NCBI RefSeq assembly: GCF_963921235.1
Contig: NC_086097.1
Coordinates: forward strand, 31,560,001 to 31,624,000
Direction: 5' to 3'
DNA: 64,000 nucleotides
Source: Mobula hypostoma
Lineage: Eukaryota
The position numbers and the translations under genes are program-made. Under the pieces are notes generated by a model. The model saw only the letters and a list, made by a program, of their open reading frames with translations. It had not been told where the DNA came from and did not search any database. The stretch's first letter is position 1, and the number at the start of each line of letters is the position of its first letter. Positions 26,442 to 39,970 of this stretch are shown here, piece by piece.

Positions 26442-27609
26442 ATCATCTAAAACTTTGACAAACTTCTATAGGTGTGCTGTGAAGGGTATACGACTAAACT
26501 AGTCGCACCATGGCCTGATGTGGAAACACCAATGCATTTCAACAGAAAAGCCAACAAAAAGTAATGGGCAGCCCAGTCCATCCTAGGTAAAACCTTCCAT
26601 TGAGCACATCTACAAAGAGCACTGTCACAGGAAAGCAGCAGGACATGCTTTCTTCTCGCTGTTGCCATCAGGCAGAAGGTGCAGGAGCCTCAGAACCTAC
26701 ATCACCAGGTTCAGGAACAGTTATTACCCCTAAACCATCAGGCTCTTGAACCAAAGGGAATAACTTCACTTAACTCCACTTGCCCCATTACTGAACTATT
26801 CCCACAACCTAGGGACTCACTTTCAGGGACTCATGTTTTGGGTATTTACTGTTTGTTTGTTTATTTATTTATTGTATTCTTGTATTTATGCAGTTGTCTT
26901 TTGCACATTGATTGTTTGTCTGTCGTGTGTTTGGTATTTCATTCATTTTATTGCGTTGCTTTGTATTTACGGTGAATGCCCACAAGAACATGAATCCCAG
27001 GGTTGTACATGGTGACTATACGTACTTTGATAATAAACTTACTTTGAACTTTGACTCTATTAACAGGAGACCTGACCTATGCACAGTATTCTGCACTCAG
27101 TATCACCTATGTAAATGGAGGAAGTTACAGCGTCTCTGTTCCTGTACTCATATCCTCTTGCAGTGGAGACCAATATACTGTTTGCTTTCCTAACTGCTTT
27201 ATGCATTTGCATGTTAACTTCCAGTGACTCACTGACAAGAATGTCTGAGTCCGCCTGAACACCAACGCCTTTCCAGCTCTCAGCATTTAAAAATACCATG
27301 TTACTATTTTTCCTACCCAAGTGGAGATTTCACATTCTTCCATCCACCCCTTCACTCAGCCTCTCTTAATCTTCACACCCCAACTTGCCACCAGCTCTGT
27401 ATCCTTACCAAGCTTGGACATATGACGCTTGATCACCTCAACCCAATCACTGATACAGATTCTAGGGTCCAGCTACTACTTTGACAACCGTGCACTATAA
27501 TGGACTGGTTTTTGTTGTAATTGTGTTCTTCCTTGTATAATTCATATCTTTCTTGTGCCTCTAATGCTAAGTCATAAGACCGTGAAGAGACCTTAGGAAC
27601 AGTGTTAGG

Positions 27610-29870
27610 CCATAAGACCATCAGACATAGGAGCAGAATTAGGCCATCAACCCATCCCATCTGCTCCGCCATTCCATCATGGCAGATCCCGGATCCCACT
27701 CAACCTCATGCACCTGCCTTCTTGCCATATCCTTTGATGTCCTCTCCAATCAGGAAATTATCAACTTCCGCTTTAAATATATCCATGGACTTGGCCCCCA
27801 CCGCAGCCTGTGGCAGAGCATTCCACAGATTTACTACTCTCTGGCTGAAAAGTTTCCTCCTTACCTTTGTTCTAAAAGGTCCCCCCTCAATCTTAAGGCT
27901 GTGCCCTCTTGTTCTGGATACCCCCACTGCAGGAAACATCCTCTCCACATCCACCTTATCTAGTCCTTTCAACATCTGGTTGGTTTCAATGAGATCCCCC
28001 TGAATTATTCTAAATTCCAGTGAGTACATGCCCAAAGCTGCCAAACTCTCCTCATATGTTAACCTCTTAATTCCTGGAATCATCCTCATGGACGTCCTCA
28101 GGACTTTCTCCATGGACAACACATCTGTTCTGAGATACGGGGCCCAAAACTGTTGATGATACTCCAAGTGCAGACTGACTAGTGTCTTATAAAGCCTCAG
28201 CATTATCTCCTTGCTTTTATATTCTATTCCCCTTGAAATAAATGCCAACTTTGCATTTGCCTTCTTTACCAAAAACTCAACTTGTAAATTAACCTTCTGG
28301 GAGTCTTGCATGAGTCCTTTTGCAGCTCTGATGTTTGAATTTTCTGCTCATTTAGATAATAGTCCGCATTATTGTTCCTTTTACCAAAATGCATTACTGT
28401 ATTATACATTTCCCAACACTGTATTTCATCTGCCACTTTTTTGTCCATTCTTCCAATTTGTCTAAGTCCTGCTGTAATTGCATTGCTTCCTCAGCACTAT
28501 ATACCCCTTCACCTATTTTCATATCATCTGCAAACTTTGCCACAAAGCCATCAATTCCACTACCTAGATCATTGACAAACAATATGAAAAGCAGTGGTCC
28601 CACCAATACTGACCCCTGAGGAACACCACCAGACACTGGCAGCCAACCAGAAAAGGCCCCCTTTATTCCCATTCACTGCCTCCTGCCTGTCAGCTATTCC
28701 ACTATCCACACCAGTATCTTTCCTGTAACAGCATGGGATTTTATCTTGTTAAGCAACCTCGTGTGGCACCTTATCAAATGCCTTCTGAAAATCCAACGAA
28801 ATGACATCTACTGTCTCTCCTTTGTCCACCCTGCTTGTTACTTCCTCAAAGATGTCTAACAGATTTGTCAGGCAAGATTTCCTTTTACAGAAACCATGCT
28901 GGCTTTGACTTATTTTATCATTAGTTTCCAAATACCTTGAAACTTCATCCTTAATAATAGACTCCAACACTTTCCCAACCACTGAGTTTAGGCTAACTGG
29001 CCTATAATTTCCTTTCTTTTGCCTCCCTCCCTTCTTAAAGAGTGGAGTGACATTTGCAATTTTCCAGTCCTTCAGTCATAATATGATCACTGGCTCCTAA
29101 GGGGTCCTTTACATTAAACTAATAAAATCTGCATTACTACACAACACCCAGTCTAAGATAGCCTTTCCCCTAGTAGGCTCGAGCACAAGCTATTCTAAAA
29201 AGCCAACTGGTAGGCATTCAACAAGTTCTCTCTCTTGCGATCCGACACCAACCTGATTTTCCCAATCCCCTTACAATATTGAAGTCCCCCGTTACAGTTG
29301 TGACATTACTCTTATTACATGCCTTTTCCGGTGCCCTTTGCAATCTCAAGCCCACTTCTTGGCTACTATTTGGAGGCCTACATGTGATTCACAAGGTTTT
29401 TTTGCCCTTGCAGTTTCTTATCTCCACCCACAAAAATTAGACATCCTCTGCCCCCGTCACCTTCTTTCTCTACCAATAGAGCCACACCACTGCCAATGCC
29501 TTCCTGCCCATCCTTTTAATACAAAGTATATCCTTTGATGTTAAACTCCCCACTATGACCTTCTTTCAGCCACAACTCAGTGATGCCCACATCGTATCCC
29601 CAGTCTCTAATTGCGCAAGTTCATCCACCCTATTCCAACTGCAACATGCATTTAAGTACAGCACCTTCAATCCTGCATTCTTTGCCCTTATGAGTTTTGC
29701 CTCTGTGGTACAACATAACTCTTTGCTCTGAGCCTTTGTACCCAATCAATGGCGTGTCCTTCCTTATATCATCTACTTTTAAATCTGCTGGCTCATCCTC
29801 AGCTCTATCGTACTGGTTCCCATTCCACTGCCATATTTGTTTAAACCACTCGCAACAGCTCTAGCAAAGT
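27610..29870 (-). mobile_element. Older degenerate CR1 LINE with internal deletions
   Basis: [18 protein letters not shown] and KFADD fragments in several frames, plus a CR1 3'UTR. Confidence 0.85.
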
Positions 29871-30389
29871 CAATCCTCTACTACCACTCTCTGTCTTCTC
29901 CCATGAAGCCAATGTCTAATACAATTTACTGCCTCATCCTGAATCCAAGCAACTGACCCTTCTTGACCAACCTCCAACATGGGACCTTGTCAAAGCCCTT
30001 GCTGAAGTCCATGTAGACAATATCCACTGCTTTTCCTTCATCAACTTTCATAGTAACCTCCTCAAAAAACTCTAGAAGATTGGTTAGACATGACCTACCA
30101 CATGCAAAGACATGTTGACCATTCTTAATCAGTCCCTGTCTATCCCAATACTTACATTTCAGGTCCTGTGCCTCCTCCCTGAGGAGGAGGAGGAAAGAAG
30201 ACACGTCCCCAGTGCCGAGGATCATTAATGATGGATGCCGACGTCCTGGGGCAATGTCTTCAATAGCAGGGAGGGCCATGGCCATGGTGGAGCCGAGTCT
30301 GTAACACTCTGCAGATTGTTGGAGTTTCCAAACAGGATGGAGATGCAATGAGTCCGAGGGGCAGAATGTGTGAAACAGACACAGACAGC

Positions 30390-30619
30390 GGCAAAGCTAG
30401 GAAATCAATCTTTTATTCTGATAGAAAATTAGAGCATGCGAGTGAACTTTTATTGATTGTCAGCTCATGATTCAGAAGTTCTGTTATTGTGGTTGACTGT
30501 GGATCTAGAAGCAGGATGGAAGGCAATCCCTGGCACTGTGTGTTGTTTGTAAACAGGAGTTTGGAAATGAAATCAGCTGCATTCCGGATCTGCTGGAGGA
30601 CTCTCCAATTTTTTGTACA
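30390..30619 (-). other. MTHFD1: Candidate non-coding terminal (3'UTR) exon of MTHFD1 with poly(A) signals
   Basis: Strong acceptor TTTTCTGCCTTTTTTTTGCAG| at 30620/30619 in non-repetitive-looking sequence; two minus-strand AATAAA (30454-30449, 30417-30412) followed by a GU-rich tract. Confidence 0.55.
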
Positions 30620-30744
30620 CTGCAAAAAAAAGGCAGAAAATGTAAGGATGCAGAAGCATCAAGTATCCTATTAGATGAGGTACAGGAAAATCCTGAAGGA
30701 TCCTGCAAGTATTTTAAGAGTAAAAATGTAGCTAGGAAGAGAGT

Positions 30745-31980
30745 ACATAGAAACATAGAAATAGGTGCAGGAGGTCATTCGGTCCTTCGAGCCTGCACCG
30801 CCATTTATTATGATCATGGCTGATCATCCAACTCAGAACCCTGTACCAGCCTTCCCTCCATACCCCCTGATCCCTTTAGCCACAAGGGCCATATCTAACT
30901 CCCTCTTAAATATAGCCAATGAACTGGCCTCAACTGTTTCCTGTGGCAGAGAATTCCACGGATTCACCACTCTCTGTGTGAAGAAGTTTTTCCTAATCTC
31001 GGTCCTAAAAGGCTTCCCCTTTATCTTCAAACTATGACCCCTTATTCTGGACTTCCCCAACATCGGGAACAATCTTCCTGCATCTAGCCTGTCCAATCCC
31101 TTTAGGATTTTATACATTTCAATAAGATCCCCCCTCAATCTTCTAAATTCCAACGAGTATAAGCCTAGTTCATCCAGTCTTTCATCATATGAAAGTCCTG
31201 CCATCCCAGGAATCAATCTGGTGAACCTTCTTTGTACTTCCTCTATGGCAAGGATGTCTTTCCTCAGATTAGGGGACCAAAACTGCACACAATACTCCAG
31301 GTGTGGTCTCACCAAGGCCTTGTACAACTGCAGTAGTACCTCCCTGCTCCTGTACTCGAATCCTCTTGCTATAAATGCCAGCATACCATTCGCCTTTTTC
31401 ACCGCCTGCTGTACCTGCATGCCCACTTTCAATGACTGGTGTATAATGACACCCAGGTCTCATTGCACCTCGCCTTTTCCTAATCGGCCACCATTCAGAT
31501 AATAATCTGTTTTCCTGTTTTTGCCACCAAAGTGGATAACCTCACATTTATCCACATTAAATTGCATCTGCCATGAATTTGCCCACTCACCCAACCTATC
31601 CAAGTCACCCTGCATCCTCCTCACAGCCGACACTGCCGCCCAGCTTCGTGTCATCCGCAAACTTGGAGATGCTGCATTTAATTCCCTCGTCCAAGTCATT
31701 TATATATATTGTAAACAACTGGGGTCCCAGCACTGAGCCTTGCGGTACCCCACTAGTCACCGCCTGCCATTCTGAAAAGGTCCCGTTTATTCCCACTCTT
31801 TGCTTCCTGTCTGCCAACCAATTCTCTATCCACATCAATACCTTACCCCCAATACCGTGTGCTTTAAGTTTGCACACTAATCTCCTGTGTGGGACCTTGT
31901 CAAAAGCCTTTTGAAAATCCAAATATACCACATCCACTGGTTCTCCCCTATCCACTCTACTAGTTACATCCTCAAAAAAA
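30745..31980 (-). mobile_element. Young 5'-truncated CR1 LINE, same subfamily as 59127-61193
   Basis: Near-identical RT C-terminal translation, (TTTCTATG)n tail at ~30745-30762, and a short deletion near 31615. Confidence 0.95.
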
Positions 31981-34900
31981 AAATTTCTCCTAAAGGATTG
32001 GTATGATGATCTGTGTGTGGAGCCACGGGAAATGGATGTGGTCTTGGATTAGGATATTGATTTGTTATTTTTCTTGGATTTTCTTTGTAGTTTAACTTTC
32101 CTATGTTTGCTTGTATTTTTATATAATCACCTATATACATGTAATTGTTCAGTGAATTTCCCAGTAATTATGGTACAGTTGCTTCTATATTTTTCTGGAA
32201 ACTTGTAAGTTTTCTGTAGCAGATGTCATGCCACTTGAATCTGGCAATTTTATAGGTTAATTGCTATTACTGGAATTTTGTAATCCCCAGTCTGAGTATG
32301 AAATGACCATGACTTTTTCTTTGCCTTTCTTTTGCTCTGTTTCCCTTTCTTGTTCATTTTCTGCTCTTGTAATACTTAATAAAACACTTGTAAGCAACAA
32401 GTTTTAAGCCTCATCTTGACTTTCTAAGAAACTTTGAATCCTAATGCTTCTTAAATGAAAACTTTTCATGTATATTTATTTCTTTTTATTGTATGTTTAG
32501 AGATACAACACAGTAACAGGGACTTCTGGCCCACAGGGCTGGGCCACCCAATTACACCCGTGTGACCAGATATCCTTGGGAAGTGTGAGAAACCTGGAGC
32601 ACAGGAGGAAATTGAGCCCGGGTCGCTGGTGCTGTAAGTACATTACACAGACTGCCATGCTACCGCACTGCTCCTATTTATTGTGGAGGTGGAGCTGGTA
32701 AATTGAGGGAAGAGAACAATGATATCCTGGACCATATCAACATTACAAAGGAGGTTTCAGAATGTATTAAGGCAGATGAATCCCTGGGGCATGATCAGCT
32801 AAATCCAAATCTTTTTAGGAAACTGGGTCTCATGCCAAGATTTCATATGACTCCAGAATCCCACCCAACCACCCGCTCCCTTCTGAAGTGGCCTAGTTGA
32901 TTATCAACCTGTTCTATGTCATAAAGCTCTTCTGCACAGAAACAGGACCTTTGGCCCATCTAGTCTGGCCTGAAATGTTATTCTGTCTAGTCACCAACCT
33001 GCACCCAGACCAAAGAGCTCCATACCCCTCCCATCCATGCATCCAAATTTTTCTTAAATGCTGCAATCAAACCTGCATCCACCACATCTGCTAACAGCTC
33101 GGCCACACTCACACCACCCTCTGAATGGAGAAATTCTCCCTCAGGTTCCCCTTAAATATTTCACCTTTTACCCTTTACCCATGACCTCTAGTTCTCATCT
33201 CACCCAACCTCAATGGAAACATGCTGCTTGTATTTGCCCTAACTATACCCCTCTTAATTTGGTATACCTATCGATCTCCTCTAATTCTATGCTCCAAGGA
33301 ATAAAGTCCTAACCCATTCATCCTTTCCCTATAACTCGGCCCTCGAATCCTGGCAACATCCTTATAAATTTTCTCAGTACTCTTACAATCTTATTTTCTT
33401 TCCTGTACGTCATAAGACATGGTTCTTTCACAACACCTGATACTGCCCTTGTTTAGCAGCACCTGCCACTTCTCAGCACGGTCAGAAGGCTTCTATGGTG
33501 GTGGAGGGTTTCAAGTTTGATTCACAACAGCACGGTTACACTTAGGATCAGCAGAGGGAAAACCGAGCAGACAGATGGCATCACATCTACACTCCATCTT
33601 GGAACAGGCTGCGATTTAGGCTGAGGGGACTGCAAAGACAAAGAACCAGAATGGAGTGGAAGCCAGGAGGAGGTGTGTGGGCCTAAAAGCTGTTTATTAA
33701 CACATCACACGGCACAACGTCTCCACTTGGCTGGGTAGGGATCACAAAGTGGAGATCGGCCAGGGACACAACGAGAAAGCTGGGTTGACTAATACAAACA
33801 AAGGGAGTTTGAACCCCTGTGTCTGAATCAGAATTAGACTTATTATCGCTGACTCAGATAACATGAAATTTGTTCTTTCGCAGCAGCAGTGTGGAGCAAA
33901 TACAAAAAATAATGAAACTTACAAAAATAAAGAAATATTGCTTAAGTTCTTACAGACATTTACAGAAATGAAGGGGGCACAAAAGGAGGTAATATTCATG
34001 GATTATTCAAAAATCTGATGGTGAAGGGAAGAAGCTGTTTCCGTATCTGCAGCTCGAGAAGCTGAAGTCTGATGATACAGTGCACGGGAGTACACGGCCG
34101 AGAGAGTATTGTGAACACTATCCTTCTAGAAAGTAATTTGACTGTCTTCACCTGACCTGGTTTATCGGTTAATTGTTACAGCACTAGAAACAGTGACTTT
34201 GGAGTTACAGTTAAACTATAACAGACAGGAGCAGAAAGGCCATTCGGCCCATTGAGTCTGCTCCAATCTTTGATCACGGCTGATCTCAACCCCATTCTCC
34301 TGCCTTCTCCCCGTAACCTTTGACACCCTGACTAATCCAGAACCCATCAATCTCTGCTTTAATAATATAAAGCACAGTCATCTGTGGCAATGAATCCCAC
34401 AGATCTATTACCCTCAGGCTAAAGAAATTCCTCCTCATCTCTGTTCCAAATGGACTTCTTACTCAGAGGCTGTGCCCTCTGGTCATAATTTCCTCTACTA
34501 TTGGAAACATCCTCTGCACGCTCACTCTATCCAAGCCTTTCAATATTCGTTAAGTTACAATGAGATCCTCTCCTACATTCTTCTAAACTCCAGCGAGTAC
34601 AGACCCAGAGCCAAACACTCCTCATAAGTCACCCTTTCATTCCTGGGATCACTCTTGTGAACCTTCTCTGAACCCTCTCCAATGCCAACACACCTTTTCA
34701 TTGACATGGGACCCACAACTGTTCACAATCCTCCCAAATGTGGTTAAAAGCTCAGCTGTGTCAGATACAGTACCAGGGTGTGTCAGCTACAGCCAAGTCC
34801 CTGGGCTGTGAACAGTGGTAGTTATGTTTGTGACACCGACCAAGAGAAATGGCTTCAATCCTTTCCTTTATCAGTCCAAGGTAACTTCGGTTAGTCCATC

Positions 34901-35943
34901 ATTGGATAGTGTAACAAAGGGCCGAGTGGACCAGCACGAGGATGGGGCAACGCAACACAATGTCCTCTGCATCATGTTTAATGTGAAGTCTCTCTGAAGG
35001 ATGGTGTCCTGGGGCAGCATGGAAATAACAGAGGTCCATGAACAGACCCTTAGCATTGCCATAGGCAGAGGCAAAGGGCAGGAAAGAGATAGAGAAACTC
35101 ATTTAATTTAAGCTTAACATGGAAGAATAGTGGTTAGTGCAATGTGTTGGTTCTTGACACAAATGGCACATTTCACTGTCTCAATGTACATGTGACAAAT
35201 AAAGCTAATGTTTATGTTTAAAAAACTGTATAAAACTTTAGTCACACAATACTTAAGTATTGTGTGCCTCTCTGGTTGCCCTGTTCTAGAAAGGATGTGG
35301 AGACTCTGGAGAGGCTGCAGGTGGTTTACCAGGGTCACTGATGCAGATGTTGGTAATCCAGAGAAACACCCAAAATGCTGGAGGAACTCAGCAGGCCAAG
35401 GATGTTGTGTTGAAGTTGTACAAGACATTGGAGAGGCCTAATCTGGAGTACTCAGTGCTGTTCTGGTCACTTACCTACAGGAAAGACATCAGTAAGATTG
35501 ACGGAGGTATAGAAAATTATCAGCGGTATAGCTAGGGTAAATGCAAGCAGGCTTTTTCCACTGAGGTTGGCTGAGGATAGAACTGGAGGTCATAGGCTTA
35601 GGGTGAAAGGCGAAATATTTAAGGGGAACCTGACGGGGAACTTCTTCACTCAGAGGGTGGTGAGAGTGTGAAACGAGTTGCCAGCAGAAGTGGTGGATGC
35701 TGGTTTGATCGCAACGTTTAAGAGAAGTTTGGATAAGTACATGGAAGGGAGGGGTATGGAGGGCTTCCCAAAAAAAAAAAATCAGATTTAACTTATCAGG
35801 CCCCTTGTTTAATGGTATTGATCCATGGCATAAAAAGGTTCGGAACCCCTGCCCTAGATTTATTTTACTTTTATGCATTCTGAAACCTCCATGGAGGGAA
35901 GGGTGTCATGGAGATAACCCTTACCTTTCACTGTGGTCTGCAG

Positions 35944-36072
<129 letters not shown>

Positions 36073-36132
36073 TCAGTGGGTGCCGTCCCGAATCTGGGGT
36101 TGGCAGCTATGCACTTCCATCTTCTTTGATCT

Positions 36133-36313
36133 TGCAACAGCACCGAGTACAGCCTCTCCTCCAGTTTGTTCTCGCTGGCCGCCTTGGCACTGCCCGCCGC
36201 CGCCCCCGCCGAACTCGAGCCCGAGGCCGTGCCGGCCTCCAACCGCGGCTGCTTCTTCGAGCTCGGCCCTTCCTTAGGCGGAGGCCTTGAGCAGGTCCAG
36301 GCATACGGTGCAG
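36133..36313 (-). pseudogene. Circularly permuted fragment of CYHR1/ZFTRAF1 N-terminal coding region
   Basis: Minus strand encodes CTVCLDLLKAS (36312-36280), then in another frame PKEGPSSKKQPRL...[22 protein letters not shown] (36278-36138). The recalled CYHR1 order is [25 protein letters not shown]. Confidence 0.8.
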
Positions 36314-39300
36314 TGCCCAAGTTCATCATATCTCTTCTAACTAGGTGCATAGCATACGATTCGTACTACGTGGTGAGGCTTTAATCTCTTCCACGGAAGA
36401 TGGCCGTTGGCTCAGAAGGAGCTCATCCACCCTTTGTCAGGTCCTGTTTTTTTTAAGTCCTGCTGGGTGTCCTCACATCCTCCTCACCAGACTAAGTCCG
36501 GTGGGGGTGCCGGCCCAAGTCGCTGACCACTCGACCATGGCCCCCGGCTGAGCACTGGGAGCCCGCCCCCCACCGAATCTCTCTGAGCGCCCGGCGCCCG
36601 AAAGAAAACCATGGTCAAGCGGCCGGCGACCAAACCGGAACTGTACTGATCCAGTACAAAGGAATATACAAGTAGGGACTAGATGACCATTCCACAGACA
36701 CACACAACAAAAGCCAGACATCAAAAGTGAACACTGCCCTTGTACTAACCTACTCCTCACTCACACAACCCCTCCATGGAGGAGCATCAAAACAAAAAGA
36801 CTGACATGCAACCCATTTCCCTTCAGCATGGACCTGCATGCAAGCAGCAGAGAGCTGGAACTGCAGAAGGATAGTACTGGGGGAGGGCACGGTGCTGTGG
36901 CAGGGAGAGCCGCTACCTCACAGGTTCAAAGATTCAAGTTTGATTTTGACCTCAGGCGCTGTCTGTGTGGAATTTGCACACTTTCCCCATGACCATTTGG
37001 GGTTCTCCCAGGTCCTCTGGTTTCCTCCACATTCCAAAGATGTACAGGTCAGGAGGTTAAGTGGCTGCTGTAAGGTACTCTTAGTGAGCAGGTGAGAGGT
37101 AGAATGTGGTGGGAAGTGATGGGAATGTGAGGAGAATAAAGTGGGATTCATGTAGGATTAGTATTTGATGGCCAGCATGAGCAGCTGGCTGTCTGACTAT
37201 AGCTCACAGGGATCTGTTCTGGGAACCCAGCTTCTGTATGGATCCATTCTGGGACACTGCTCTTTGTGATTATTATAAATGAATTTATAAAAGGTAATGG
37301 GGAGAAGACAGGAGAATGGGGTTGAGGGGGGTAATTAATCAGTCAAGACAGAATGGTGGAGCAGACTGATGGGCCAATGGCCCAATTCTGCTCCTATTCT
37401 TATGGATGGAGGAAGAAATGGAAGAGCGGGTTAGTAAGTTTACAGTTGACATGAAGGATGATGGAAGATGTGGATGGTGTAGAAGATTGTTGTAGGTCAC
37501 AACAGGATATAGACAGGACGTAGAGCTGGGCTAATATGTGGCAGATGGAGTTCAACCCAGAAAAGTGTGTTCACCTTGGATGGTTGAATTTGAAGGCAGA
37601 GTATGGGATTAATGGTAGGCGTCTTAACAGCGTGGAGGAACAGAGGGACCTTGAGATCTGCGTCCATAGATAGCTTGAAATTTCCGTGCAAGCCGATAGG
37701 GTGGTTAAGCACGTGTACGGTGTGTGGGCTTACATTAGCTCAAGAGCCGTGAGCTACTACTGCAGCTCTATAAAACCCTGGTTAGATCACATTTGGAGTA
37801 TTGTGTTCCGTTCTGGTCACCTCATTATAGGAAGGATAAAGAAGCTTTAGAGAGAGTGCAGAGCAGATTTACCAGGATGCTGCCTGGATGTCATGAGGAT
37901 AGGCTGAGTGAGCAATGGCTTTTCTCTTTTGAGCGAAGGATGGTGAGAGGTGGCTTGACAGAGGTGTACAAGATGATAAGAGGCATTGATTGAGTAGAGG
38001 GCCAGAGACTTTCTCCCAGGGTGGAAATGGCTAAATACAAGACACTATGATATGTTGCCTCATTGCTCTGAGTATTACTTCACTGGTACCTTCAAATTTC
38101 CATTGTGTAACCGGGTAAGTTCATTGACACAGGATACTGAATACAGACGTCACTCAGTCAGTATGACTCCATTGTACAATACCGCTTGTCCGCAACTGAT
38201 AAAAAATTAAGAGTGAACAGAGTTCCGAACAGCCGCGGGTGAAGGATTACAGGATGAATGGGGAGTGTTGAAGAACAGACGGCATTGTGTGTGTCAAGCC
38301 TCACTTCACATACAGAAAGCGTGACTTTGCTCTTTATGGGTAAGAAGACACCCAGTCTGGATGAACAATCTGTCTGGATAGGGCCACAGCTGTCTCTCTC
38401 TGGCACTCCGACAATCGGCAGAGTGCCCAGAGCAATGGGAGCAACAGGCTTTTCACCACTTTTGAAAAAGGACCTGCTACTCATAATTTCATTGAATTGA
38501 CTTTATTTATTACATCCTTCACATACATGAGGAGTAAAAATCTTTATGCTACTTTTCCATCATAGTAATTTATAATAAATAGAACAATGTAACATAGAAA
38601 TATACTCAAATCAGTGTGAGTTAATCAGTCTGATGGCCTGGTGGAAGAAGCTGTCCTGGAGCCTGTTGGTCCTGGCTTTTATGCTGCAGTACCATTTCCT
38701 GGGTGGTAGCAGCTGGAATAGATTGTGGTTGGGGTGACTCGAGTCCTGAATGATCCTTCGGGCCCTTTTTTCACACCTACCTTTGTAAATGTCCTGAATC
38801 ATGGGAAGTTCACAGCTACAGATGTGCTGGGTTGTCCGTACCACTCTCTGCAGAGTCCTGTGATTAAGGGATGTACAGTTCCTATACTAGGCAGTGATGC
38901 AGCCAGTCAGGATGCTCCCAATTGTGCCCCTGTAGAAAGCTCTTAGGATTTGGGGGCCCACACAGCTTTATGCAGCAACTTGTATCTCGTGCATAGCAGT
39001 GTAGTGGTCAGCAGTGTTGTTACAGCGTCAGTGATTGGGGTTCTATTCCCACCGCTACCTGTGAGGAGTTTGTACATCTTCTCTGTGACAGCGTGGGTTT
39101 CCTCTGCATGGTAGCATAGCGGTTATGTAAAACACAGAACAGTACAGGCCCTTCAGCCCTCAATGTTGTGCCAAGGTGATTGGAGAAAAGTACAGGGGAG
39201 ATGTCATACAGAGTGTGTTGGGTCCATGGAATGTGCTGCCGGGGTGGTGGTAGACGCAGATACATTAGGGACATTTAAGAGACACTTAGATAGATATGTG

Positions 39301-39320
39301 GATGATAGAATAATGGAGGG

Positions 39321-39970
39321 CAATGTTCCCTCTAAGGTGTGCGCATGCGCACATCTTTTACAACTAGTGCACAAAGGAATTTAAACTGCGAACAAAAGTT
39401 TGACACCCTCTACTTTGTTGGCATGTTAAGCACACTTCATTTCAAGTTTTAACACATTAAACAGATTTCATCATCTAATCTACTTTGACTTCTTATAATA
39501 TATCACTCTGCAGCTGGTAGCAGGCTTTGCATGTTCTCAGCTGTCACTGTGCAGGGTGTGGAAATTGTACAGCTCGAAGCACACGGCCACCCTTTTCTGA
39601 TGCTGGGATATGGCATTTTTCTGTCAAAAAGTCCTGGGCTAGTTCATCTCAGATAAGTGAAATTCTTTTCTTTTGATGAATATTTATCAAAATAAAACAC
39701 TGTCTTCCACTATACCTATATGGACGTCCAGAAAAGCAGAATAAAACCACCAAATACGTGTTCTGAAAAACAAAGCTTCTGAGCGCAAACAGCAACATGT
39801 GTATTTATCTGTGAGTTTGAAGCTATTCTTGGTATTTTATTATCCTTAGAATAACTTCAGGTTTACTTCCACTTAAAAATTCAGTGCGCACGTATTGAAA
39901 CTAGGCAAAAAAATTATACAGCACGAAGATTCTTGTGCACACTGGTCATTACAAATTAGAGGGAACATTG
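39321..39970. mobile_element. Non-autonomous hAT DNA transposon (MITE), 650 bp
   Basis: 15-bp TIR CAATGTTCCCTCTAA / TTAGAGGGAACATTG and a perfect 8-bp TSD ATGGAGGG (39313-39320, 39971-39978). Confidence 0.92.

Noticed and set aside
35800..35851. hAT/Charlie-like terminus AAAAAGGTTCGGAACCCCTG
   Set aside because: Only one end is visible, with no partner TIR or TSD.
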